Shown here one piece after another: positions 30,394 through 39,400 of a stretch of 64,000 bases of DNA (position 1 is the stretch's first letter; each line of letters begins with the position of its first letter). The DNA is from Dehalococcoidia bacterium (GTDB taxonomy: Bacteria; Chloroflexota; Dehalococcoidia; Bin125), in assembly GCA_963663895.2 (NCBI GenBank), contig CAXXRD010000003.1:224001-288000 (forward strand), written 5' to 3'. Under the pieces are notes generated by a model, which searched no databases, was not told where the DNA came from, and saw only the letters and a list, made by a program, of their open reading frames with translations. The position numbers were made by a program, and so were the translations under genes.

Positions 30394-31251
30394 TCAGGTA
30401 GCGGCCGATCGGCCCAACCCCAGAAGCCGTTGCAGCGCGTCGAGATCCACATGCTGCTCAACGAGCCGGGCAGCGCGCTCGCGCTTCCGCATGCCGCCGA
30501 ATATTCCCTGCCCGTAGAGAGGACCCAAGCGCTGCACGGCCTCGCTCGTGGTCAGCGCGGTGGCGATCAAAGGGACTTCGTCTTCCCTCGTGCGCTCCAG
30601 AACGTAGCGCAGGGGCTCTCGCCCACCACTCAAGATCAAGCACTCCACATCGACATCAAGCGCAGCGAGCGCGACATCGGGTCGGTCACCGCGCGTTACG
30701 ATCGCTTTCGAGCCCACCGTCGCGAAGTGGACCGACCCGGGATGCGCGGTGATGGGGCCGATCTCGATCCACTCGACCGCCTCGTTGCCGGCGTCTTCGG
30801 GTGCGTCCAGTGACGCCTCCAGAGCCGCCGTCATCTGCTCCAGCGAAGGAGCGGCCAGCAACCGATCTTGGGGGAGCATGCCCACCAGCGTGACGGGCCC
30901 ATCCAAGCGTGCGGCGATCGCCTGCAGGCGCGCGCGCGCCGCCGTCTCCGCTCCTTCCGGAACGGAAGTCAGGATGATCGCGGCCGCGCCGCTTTCGGCC
31001 GCAGCGCGCTCCAAGGTGGCATCATCTGCCTGGCCCTGGCGGACTACGAGAACCACCACATCAGCTCCAGACGCGGCGGTCGCGGGATCGTCGTGCTCAC
31101 GGATCACGACATCGGCAACTGAAGGAGCCGAGTCGTCGCCGGACGTGAGTTGGACACGAGAGCCACGAGAGGCCAGGGCGTCCGTAAGCCCTGCGGCAAC
31201 GGTCGACTTTCCATCGCCCGCCAGCGCTGATGTAACCACCAGGGTAAGCAC
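30394..31251 (-). CDS. Stand-alone BioD-like/DRTGG protein (phosphotransacetylase N-terminal family)
   Basis: P-loop-like GDGKST; GDRPDV.LAAL...CLILSGG (DRTGG). Confidence 0.8.
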   Translation of the reverse strand: MLTLVVTSALAGDGKSTVAAGLTDALASRGSRVQLTSGDDSAPSVADVVIREHDDPATAASGADVVVLVVRQGQADDATLERAAAESGAAAIILTSVPEGAETAARARLQAIAARLDGPVTLVGMLPQDRLLAAPSLEQMTAALEASLDAPEDAGNEAVEWIEIGPITAHPGSVHFATVGSKAIVTRGDRPDVALAALDVDVECLILSGGREPLRYVLERTREDEVPLIATALTTSEAVQRLGPLYGQGIFGGMRKRERAARLVEQHVDLDALQRLLGLGRSAAT

Positions 31252-31336
31252 GAGCGCATACTACCTGTCCTGCGCCGTTCACAGCAGGGGCTGCGGCGCG
31301 GGGCGGCCGCTGTAGTACGCTGCGCAAGCCGCCGAC

Positions 31337-31412
31337 GCCGAGGTAGCTCAGTCGGTAGAGCACACGGCTGAAAACCGTGGGGTCGGCAGTTCGATTCTGC
31401 CCCTCGGCACCA
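31337..31412 (+). tRNA. tRNA-Phe (GAA)
   Basis: Acceptor GCCGAGG/CCTCGGC, anticodon arm CACGG-CTGAAAA-CCGTG, TTCGATT T-loop, encoded CCA. Confidence 0.97.
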
Positions 31413-31470
31413 CATTCCTCCTTAAGAACAACGAGGTGGGAGCCCGTCTGCCGTACGAGAGGCGGCCGGT

Positions 31471-32316
31471 CTAAGCGAGCGCCTCGTAGGCGGCCGCCAG
31501 TGCATCCGCGACGGGCGAGCTTTCGGAAAGCGGCTTCCCATCAATGCGCCGCAGCGAACGCACGCCGACTAGGCTCGAAGTGAGGAACACTTCGCTCGCA
31601 CGATCGAGATCGGCGGAGTGAAGCGGACGTTCGTCGCCCGGCCGACCTTCCTCGCTCAATCGCTGGAGCACGAAAGCGCGGGTGACGCCCGGCAGCACGC
31701 CACGGTCCAGCGGCGGCGTGACGACACGGCCGTCTACCACGGCGAAGAAGTTGGCGAAGTCCGCCTCGGCCAGATCGCCGTCGATCGTGCGGAGGATCGC
31801 GACATCGGCCCCAGCCGCCCACGCAGCGTGGCGAGCGAAGACCCAGCGCAGAGCAGAAGTGGTCTTGTGCGACGCGACCGGGTCGAGCGGGTCGATACGG
31901 GGCGCTTCGATGACCGCCGCGCTCTCCGCGAACACCGCCGCCGGGTCGTAAGGATCGAGCTGAGCGAAGAGCGACGCTTTCTGGGTCGTCGGAGGCGCAA
32001 GGCCGCGGGGACCGGGACCGCGCGTGAGCGTGACACGGAAGGTCATGAGGGGGGTGGAACCGGGCTCCTCCGCCGAAGCGAACAAGTCCTCCAAAGCCCT
32101 CCCCAGACGATCTTCAAGGGCTGGAATCGGCGGGAAGGAGAGTGCGGCGGCGCTGCGCCGCAGGCGATCGAGGTGATCCGATAAGAGGATGGGAGACCCG
32201 CGCCGCACGAGGACGGTCTCGAAGAGGCCGTCACCCAGCAGCAGGCCCCGATCGCGGGAGAGCGGCGGCGCCTCATCGTAGAGAGTGCCGTTGAGCCACA
32301 AGGCGCCGCCGGTCAC
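31471..32316 (-). CDS. pabC: Class IV PLP enzyme, probable aminodeoxychorismate lyase
   Basis: DRGLLLGDGLFET, H..RL..SA, HKTT, LPGVTR, EVFLTSS; follows pabB. GTG 32316 taken as start. Confidence 0.8.
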   Translation of the reverse strand: MTGGALWLNGTLYDEAPPLSRDRGLLLGDGLFETVLVRRGSPILLSDHLDRLRRSAAALSFPPIPALEDRLGRALEDLFASAEEPGSTPLMTFRVTLTRGPGPRGLAPPTTQKASLFAQLDPYDPAAVFAESAAVIEAPRIDPLDPVASHKTTSALRWVFARHAAWAAGADVAILRTIDGDLAEADFANFFAVVDGRVVTPPLDRGVLPGVTRAFVLQRLSEEGRPGDERPLHSADLDRASEVFLTSSLVGVRSLRRIDGKPLSESSPVADALAAAYEALA

Positions 32317-32335
32317 ACGAATACCCTCGGCGAGG

Positions 32336-33733
32336 CTAAAGATCGGTCGCCGTGAGCGCGCGCAGCAGCGCCGCCGCCTTTGCCCGCGTCTCGGCGTATT
32401 CGGCGATGGGATCGGAATCCGCGACGATGGCACTGCCGACGTGGAAGTGCACGCTCGCACCTTGCCGCACCAGCGTGCGGATCAGGATGCTCAAGGCGAG
32501 ATTCCCGTCGTAGCCGATATAGCCGGCGCATCCGGTGTACGGCCCTCGGCGTATGCCCTCGGTCTCCTCGAGGATCTCCATGGCGCGGATCTTCGGCGCG
32601 CCGGTCACGCTGCCGCCCGGAAGCGTCGCGGCAAGCAGCGCAGCCGTATCCACACGCGGCTTCAGCTCCGCCGTGACGGTAGCGGCGGCGTGGTGCACGG
32701 TCGGGTGCGTGACTAGGCCTCGCAACTGGGGAACCGCCACCGATCCGACGCGAGCGACGCGTCCCAAGTCGTTGCGCTCCAAGTCGACGATCATCAGAAG
32801 CTCGGCGCGCTCTTTGGGATCGGCGCGGAGCTCCTCTCGGAGCTCGGCGTCGCGGATCGGGGTGTCGCCGCGGGGGCGCGTCCCCTTGATCGGGTGCGTC
32901 TCGACCCGCGATCCGTTGCGCCGCAAGAACAGCTCGGGGCTGATCGACAGCAGCTCGGGCGCGCCGGGCAAGCGCAAGAGGCAACCGTACGGCGCCGGGC
33001 TCGCGGCGCGCAGCCGGCGGTAGAGTCGCGCCGAGTCCACGCCGCTCTCGGCATCGACCCGATAGGCGAAGTTCGCCTGGTAGATATCGCCCGTCTCGAT
33101 ATAGCGCAGGATGCGCGCGACGCGCCGCGCATAGTCGTCGCGGCGCAGACGCTCGCTGAGGCCGTGCGTCTTGGACGCAGCCGTCGCGGACGGCAGGGAG
33201 AGCATGGCCGGCAGGGCTCGTGCTTCGAGGGCGAGACGCTCGCAAGATGCGGCCGCTGCCGCGGCCGTCGCAGCGCTGGCCACCGCGAAGAGACGTCCCT
33301 CCACTCGATCCTCGATCAGCGCCGCCGCGAACTCGCCCAACACGAAATCCGGAATCGCCGGGTCGGCGGCGGCGCGAACCGGCAGCCGCTCCAGGTGCCG
33401 CCCCAGATCGTATGCGAACCAGCCGAGCCAGCCGCCGTAGAAGGGAAGCGCATCGCCCGCAGCGACGGCGCCCGCGGGGACCACTTCGCGCGGGCGCAAA
33501 ATGCCGTGGAGGGAAGCGAAGGCGCCCGGACGCCCCTGAGGCCAAGCGACGACGCGGCGCGGACGCCAAGCCAAGATCGACCAGCGCGTCTCGGCGCGCG
33601 CCGGGGCGCTGGAATCGAGGAACGCAACCGCCCGCTCACCCCGCTCGACAAGCGCAAGGGCAACGTCGATCAAGGGGCGGTAGGGCAGCTCCTGCTGGGT
33701 GGAAGCGAGCGATGGGGCGGCGGTCTGCAACAC
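32336..33733 (-). CDS. pabB: Aminodeoxychorismate synthase component I
   Basis: FLDS, GGWLGWFAYD, GDIYQAN, SPELF, PIKGTRPR (PabB-type), AELLMIVDLERND, PGGSVTGAPK. Confidence 0.9.
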   Translation of the reverse strand: MLQTAAPSLASTQQELPYRPLIDVALALVERGERAVAFLDSSAPARAETRWSILAWRPRRVVAWPQGRPGAFASLHGILRPREVVPAGAVAAGDALPFYGGWLGWFAYDLGRHLERLPVRAAADPAIPDFVLGEFAAALIEDRVEGRLFAVASAATAAAAAASCERLALEARALPAMLSLPSATAASKTHGLSERLRRDDYARRVARILRYIETGDIYQANFAYRVDAESGVDSARLYRRLRAASPAPYGCLLRLPGAPELLSISPELFLRRNGSRVETHPIKGTRPRGDTPIRDAELREELRADPKERAELLMIVDLERNDLGRVARVGSVAVPQLRGLVTHPTVHHAAATVTAELKPRVDTAALLAATLPGGSVTGAPKIRAMEILEETEGIRRGPYTGCAGYIGYDGNLALSILIRTLVRQGASVHFHVGSAIVADSDPIAEYAETRAKAAALLRALTATDL

Positions 33734-33919
33734 GTGGATCGATTGTAAAGCGGCGGCACGCCCGCCGGAGGCTCCCCCACGACACTTCGGGCAAGCCCGG
33801 ATACAAGGCCCCGACCGGCGCGCGGAAATCCGCCAACCCAGCCGGTGATACGGTGCCAGGATTCCGGTGGACCGGAGCGAGCCGGCTCGCCACCCCGCCG
33901 ATGAAGAGGAGCGTTCGAC

Positions 33920-35188
33920 GTGGAGATCTACATCCCCTTGCTCGTGGTGCTGCTGCTGTTCTCCGCCCTGTTCTCAAGCGCGGAGACGGCCTTCCTCTCG
34001 CTGCAACGCGTGCAACTCGAACATTACGTACGCGAGGGCGTCGGCGGCGCCGCCCGCGTCTCGCGCCTGTTGGAGTCCCCGCGGCGGCTACTCTCGTCGA
34101 TCCTGCTGGGGAACAACCTCGTCAATACGGGTGCGGCCGCGGTGGGGACGGCGATCGCCGCCGAGTTCGTCTCCAGCGGCAGCGCCGTGCTGGCCGCCAC
34201 GATTATCGTGACGGTGCTGCTGGTGGTCTTCGGCGACATGGGACCAAAAACGATCGCGCTCCATCACTCCTTCACGCTGAGCCGCCTGTACGCGCTGCCA
34301 CTGCGCTACTGGACGCGATCGACGCAGCCGATCGTGGCGGCACTGGACCTCCTCAGCCGGGGGGTGCTGCTTCTCGTCGGCGGCCGGGGCGAGGTCGCCG
34401 GAGTGCTGGCCCTGGGGGAGCTGCGTACGGCGATCGCACTCGGGCGCGAGTCGGGGGCGCTGGAGGCGGATGAATCGGAGATGCTGCTGGGAGCGCTGAT
34501 GCTGCAACAGCGGCAGGTGCGGCACATCATGACCCCGCGGGTGGCGATGCAGGCGGCCGAGGTGGGCGAGCCGCTGCGGGAGGTCTCCCGGCGGCTGACC
34601 GAGGCTGGCGTCCTGCGCCTGCCGGTCTACACGGACCGCATCGACAACATCGTCGGCTACGTCCACGTGAGCGACGTCAACAGCGCCTACGCGGCGGGCC
34701 GCGCCGGCGACACGGCGCGCAGCGTGATGCGCGAGATGATCTTCGAATCGGAGCGCGCCTCCACCGCCCGCCTGCTGGAGCGGATGCAGGAGAGCGGGCA
34801 CCACATCGCCATCCTCATCGACGAGGTAGGATCCCCTTCGGGACTGGTCACGCTGGAGGACATCCTGGAGGAGGTGGTGGGCGAGATCGGCAGCGAGAGC
34901 GGCTCGGAGCGCTCCGGCACCGACGTGCGCGTGGGCGAGCGGCTCTACGTGGAGGGACGCCGTTCGTTGGCCGACCTGGGCGCCGAGTTGGGCGCCGACC
35001 TCTCCCACCCCGACGCCGAGTCGGTGGGCGGCCTGGTCCTCGCCTACCTGCGACGCTTCCCCTTGCGCGGGGAACAGGTGGAGCACGGCGGACACCGCTT
35101 CATCGTCATGGCCGCGGACGAGCGCAAGGTCACGCTCGTGGCCGTGGAGGCGCTGCCGCAGCGGCCCGAGGACGCCCCGGCGGAGTGA
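33920..35188 (+). CDS. CNNM/CorC-HlyC family (DUF21-CBS-CorC) metal transporter
   Basis: FSSAETA, ILLGNN, FGDMGPK, IMTPR, RLPVY, IDE.G...GLVTLEDILEEVVGEI; GAGGAG RBS. Confidence 0.92.
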   Translation: MEIYIPLLVVLLLFSALFSSAETAFLSLQRVQLEHYVREGVGGAARVSRLLESPRRLLSSILLGNNLVNTGAAAVGTAIAAEFVSSGSAVLAATIIVTVLLVVFGDMGPKTIALHHSFTLSRLYALPLRYWTRSTQPIVAALDLLSRGVLLLVGGRGEVAGVLALGELRTAIALGRESGALEADESEMLLGALMLQQRQVRHIMTPRVAMQAAEVGEPLREVSRRLTEAGVLRLPVYTDRIDNIVGYVHVSDVNSAYAAGRAGDTARSVMREMIFESERASTARLLERMQESGHHIAILIDEVGSPSGLVTLEDILEEVVGEIGSESGSERSGTDVRVGERLYVEGRRSLADLGAELGADLSHPDAESVGGLVLAYLRRFPLRGEQVEHGGHRFIVMAADERKVTLVAVEALPQRPEDAPAE

Positions 35189-35353
35189 GCCGCCGGGGGC
35201 GGGGGCGGCCCCGGCGCGCCGGAATGACGCGCGTGCCACAGAGATCGCTTGGCCGAGCCGCCGCTAGCGCGGGCCGCCCGCCCGAGGCTCGCCCGCCCGG
35301 TATACGGTGAGGAGGGGATTGGGTTGACCGGTGCGACGGGAAAGGAGCACGGC

Positions 35354-35779
35354 ATGACCAAGGACGAGATGATCGCACTCCTGAACAGGGACCTGGCCGG
35401 CGAGTTCGGCGCGATCATCCAGTACCTGACCTACGCGGCCAAGGCGACGGGCCCCTACCGGCCACAGCTGGCGCAGTTCTTCCTCGGCGAAGTGGCCGAC
35501 GAGCAGGCGCACGCCCAATACCTGGCGAACAAGATCGTGGCCCTCGGCGGCGAGCCCACGACGGAAGCCCGCCCGACCCCCGCGGCGGCGACCAACCGGG
35601 AGATGGTCGAGCAGGTGCTGGCGGCCGAGCTGCTGGCGACGCGGGACTACACGGAGCGGGCCCAGCAAGCGGAGGCCTTCGGAGACAAGGGCATGGCCGT
35701 CCAGCTCGAGGACATGGTCCGCGACGAATCGACCCACGCCGAGGAGACCGAGCGGATCCTGCGCGACTGGCCCCTGTAG
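35354..35779 (+). CDS. Ferritin-like (bacterioferritin-type) protein
   Basis: AAGGAG RBS; E..AI.QY, DE..HA, E.....DY, DE..H di-iron pattern. Confidence 0.88.
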   Translation: MTKDEMIALLNRDLAGEFGAIIQYLTYAAKATGPYRPQLAQFFLGEVADEQAHAQYLANKIVALGGEPTTEARPTPAAATNREMVEQVLAAELLATRDYTERAQQAEAFGDKGMAVQLEDMVRDESTHAEETERILRDWPL

Positions 35780-35943
35780 CAAGCGGCTCCGGGAAAGACC
35801 ACAGGACGCCGCGGCTCTATGCTGGCGGCGGGCGCCGATCCCCGGACGGCGCCATCAGAAGCGCGGCCGGCGGTGCGCCGCCGGAGCCGGCGAGGGAGTG
35901 AACCTTGGGAGCGAAGCCGATCGCGCGGTCGTCGCACCCGCAT

Positions 35944-36032
35944 GCCGAAGTGGCGGAATTGGCAGACGCGACAGTCTCAAAAACTGTTGGGGGGCAACTC
36001 CCGTGCCGGTTCGAGTCCGGCCTTCGGCACCA
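35944..36032 (+). tRNA. tRNA-Leu (CAA)
   Basis: GCCGAAG/CTTCGGC, ACAGT-CTCAAAA-ACTGT, long variable arm, CCA. Confidence 0.96.
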
Positions 36033-36114
36033 GCATTCCCCGCTGCGGCTTCGGGAGCCGCGGGCCAACGGCGGACGGAAGCGCCTGAGAAAAGTCGATG
36101 GCTCGACGGAGCGG

Positions 36115-36188
36115 TGCCGAGTAGTGTAACGGTAGCACGCGGGACTTTGGATCCCTTAGTCCAGGTTCGAATCCTGGCTCGGCAGCCA
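36115..36188 (+). tRNA. tRNA-Gln (TTG)
   Basis: TGCCGAG/CTCGGCA, loop CTTTGGA, CCAGG-TTCGAAT-CCTGG, CCA. Confidence 0.95.
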
Positions 36189-36197
36189 ACCTCGCGT

Positions 36198-36273
36198 TCC
36201 CCGGTAGCTCAATTGGTAGAGCGGGCGGCTGTTAACCGCTAGGTTGTAGGTTCAAGTCCTGCCCGGGGAGCCA
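36198..36273 (+). tRNA. tRNA-Asn (GTT)
   Basis: TCCCCGG/CCGGGGA, loop CTGTTAA, TTCAAGT T-loop, CCA. Confidence 0.96.
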
Positions 36274-36319
36274 CGCTCCTTCGCTGGCCAGCGTCGCGCC
36301 ATTCGGCGAGTGGGCCAGT

Positions 36320-36481
36320 GTCCCCACGGACTACCAGGGCAGCGCCACCGTCCCGACGCTTGAACTCCACGACTGGACTAGGCCTCCCGAAGAGTCCGTG
36401 AACTCTAGCTAGCAGGATTCTTCTCAGGCGGCCAAACCCAGATACTCCTACTTCGGCAGGGGCAGAGTACCCTGATGGGGA
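36320..36481 (-). ncRNA. Candidate structured non-coding element of unknown class
   Basis: Nested stems found by hand. Several mismatches resolve as G-U pairs only on the minus strand (see findings). Confidence 0.4.
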
Positions 36482-39400
36482 TCCGGCTTGCACCGCCTGG
36501 CCGGATCTGCGGCGAGATCCCCATTGCTCGCTACACTCGGCGCGCCGATCACCGGGCGAGAGAGAACACCACCCTGCGACTCCTCTTCCTCCGCGCTCGC
36601 GCCAACTGGCGGCTGCTTGGCGTCGTAGGGCTCGGCATCCTCGTGACGTCTGTACTCATGGCCTCCACCACCGTGTATACGCGCGCGCTCACGGATCTGG
36701 GGCTCGACTTCGAACTCGACCGCGAGGCCGGCCAGATTGGCTCCGTCCAGGTCACGATCTCCCAGACACTGCTGGGTGGGGAACGCGCGCAGGCGGTGCG
36801 TGACTTCATCGAAGCCAGCCTTGATGCGCACTTCGGCGACATTGCACTGCCTAGGCGCATACGGTCGGGGCGCGTCAGTGACCTCCGCCTGCTCGCTGAG
36901 ACCCAGATCCCCGGCTCTGCCCCGCTCGGCGGGGAGTTCACCACGATCGAGGGATGGGAGTCCTACGTTGAGTTCGAAGGGCGCCCGCCCGGCTCACCGA
37001 CACTGGCTCTCGACCCTGCACTGGGCCTTTCCCAACTCGACGGTCCCATCGAAGTCGCGCTCCCACGCGCGCAGGCCGAGCTCGCCGGTCTCAGGGTGGG
37101 GGATGCGTTCACGGTCGCGGACGTTTACGACGATTGCGACCGCGAGCCGCCGCTATTCGACGGTCCAACCGCGTCGACGCCGCCCTCGCTCGAGCCTTGC
37201 ACCACATCTGCGCTGATCAGCCTGCAGATCCCGGCCAAAGTGGTCGGGATCTTCGACGCGCTCAACCCCGACGATCCGTTTTGGGACGCGGCGCTTGCGA
37301 GTCTTGCGCGCCCCCGGGAGCCACGGAAGAGCCTAGCTCTACCGCGGGTCTTCGCGCTCTTCGTTCACTCCGACGCGCTTTTCGGTCCGCTAAGCCAACT
37401 GCTTCCTGGCTACCGCGCCGACATCCGCTTCGCGGACCCGATTCCACTCAGCGCGTTCGACAGCGCTGGCATCCCTGCTGATCTCGGTCGCTTCGCCAGC
37501 CTCCAGACGGACATTGCCTCGGTCGGGGGAACGGTATCGAGTTCGTTCGAGGAAACACTACGCAGCTTCCAGGAGGCACGTGACTTCAGCGTCGTGCCGA
37601 TCTTGCTGATCGTGGTACAGGTCGTCGGTGCCGTCGTCTTTTTCATCTTCGCGATGGCCCGCCTTCTGGTAGGCGGCGAGACCGACGAGATCGCCTTGCT
37701 GCGCAGTCGAGGCGCCTCGCTGCCGCAGGTGCTCGGACTGTACGCCCTGCAACTCCTGCCGATCGTGATCCTGGCGGCGGCGGGGGCACCGCTGATCGCC
37801 GCGGCTGCCGTGAGTGCCCTCGGGTTCGTCGGCAGCTTCCGCGACGTCACCGGCGCTGACTGGATCACAATTTCTCTCACGCCGCAAGCCTGGGCACTAG
37901 CGCTGGCGGGAGCGGCGCTGGCGATGGGCGTCGTCCTCGTCCCAGTTGCGAAAGCGGCGCGCGTCCCGCCCGGCACGGCCCGGCGCGTAGCGGCGCGGCC
38001 AGCCGGTCGCAACGTCTTTCAGCGCTACTACCTCGACATCGCCTTCGTAGCGGTCGCGGGGTTTCTCGTTTGGTCCGTGGGAGCGCGCGACGCGGTGTTC
38101 ACACGCGACACGGTTGGCGGCCTTTCCACCGAACCACTCGTCCTGATCACGCCAGCGCTCGTTGGCCTGATCGCGATCCTCCTCGTCCTGCGTCTGCTCC
38201 CGCCCGCCCTCTCCGCTCTGGCCTGGATCGCAGGGCACCGCATCCCTATGCCGATCGCCGCCGCGCTCCGCCAGGCGGCCCGCAACCCTGGTCCGGTCAT
38301 TCGGCTCACGGTCCTGACGATGCTCGCCGCGGCGATCGGCACATTTGCCGCATCCTACGACGCAACGGTTGATCGCTCGTTCGATGAGCGCGCCCGCTTT
38401 GAGGCCGGCGTCGACCTCCGCACGGGAACGGACCCCCGCCCGCCCGGGTTGATCCAAGCGTCGATCGAAGCGCTGCCGAGCGCCGGCGCGACCACGCTCG
38501 CGACCCGGCGCAGCGGCAGCGTTGGCGCGACCGGCGCCCGGGGACGCGAGGTACAGATCCTCGCTCTGGACAGTGCCCGAGCCGCTTCAATGCTGTGGTT
38601 CCGCGACGACTTCAGCGCCGAACCCCTGGCGACGCTGCTTCCCAAGCTCCGCCCCGCCGCCAACCTCGGCGGCCTGCCGCTCCCCGACGATCTGGTGGAA
38701 CTCAGTCTGTGGGTGAACCCGAGCGTGCCGCGCACCGACCTCTCGGTGTGGCTCCAGGTCCGCGACCGCGACGGCCGGTTCTTCCGTGTTGGGCTGGGCA
38801 ATCCTGGAGTAGCCGGTATCTGGCAAGAGCTGCGCGGGGACGCCACCGGGCCCGCCGCGTTCAGCGACGCCCGCCCGCCCTTGACCCTCCACGCCATCAC
38901 CTACACAGAGGGGGAGTCCCAGCGCCTCGGCGAACCAGGCAGCCTCTTGTTCGACGACCTCGTGGCAACCACGGCGCGTGGTGACCGCATCCTGATCGAG
39001 GGGTTTGAATCGGACGCTCGTCAATGGCTGCGACAACCCCTCGCGGCGACGGGCGCGACAGACGCGGCCGAGCGCCGGACGGACATCGCCGCCCACAGTG
39101 GCAGCAGCGCCGTGGAGTACCGTTGGACGGCGGGGGTCTCACCCGGCCGTCGCGGCCTCTACCTTCCCAGTCCCAATCTGTGCGATGCGGATGGACGCTG
39201 TGCGCTCAACGTGATCGTGAGCGAGACGTTCCTCGACAACCACGGCCTCCGGGTCGGTGACGAGGCACCCTTGCACCTGGGGCCGTTCAGTATCGACGTG
39301 CGCATCATCGCTGCCGTCGCGCTCTTCCCGACTCTGGATCCCCAAGAGGAAGGGGGGTTCCTGATCACCGACGTGGCCGAACTCCACCACCTTGGCGCGA

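Noticed and set aside
33830-33910. SAM-I riboswitch (CAACC...GGTGCC...GATGA)
   Set aside because: The 5' ATC-AGAG and kink-turn elements are absent and the downstream gene is unrelated to sulfur metabolism.
35191-35216. CGCCGGGG/CCCCGGCG hairpin as an intrinsic terminator
   Set aside because: No U-tract, and such stems arise easily in extremely GC-rich sequence.
36115-36188. C-U mismatch at the top of the tRNA-Gln anticodon stem as a pseudo-tRNA sign
   Set aside because: All other arms and the CCA are intact; a mismatch at that position is tolerated.
36274-36524. SRP RNA, tmRNA or TPP riboswitch identity for the structured element
   Set aside because: No SRP helix-8 motif, no tRNA-like ends or tag ORF; CTGAGA is present but the rest of the TPP core is missing.
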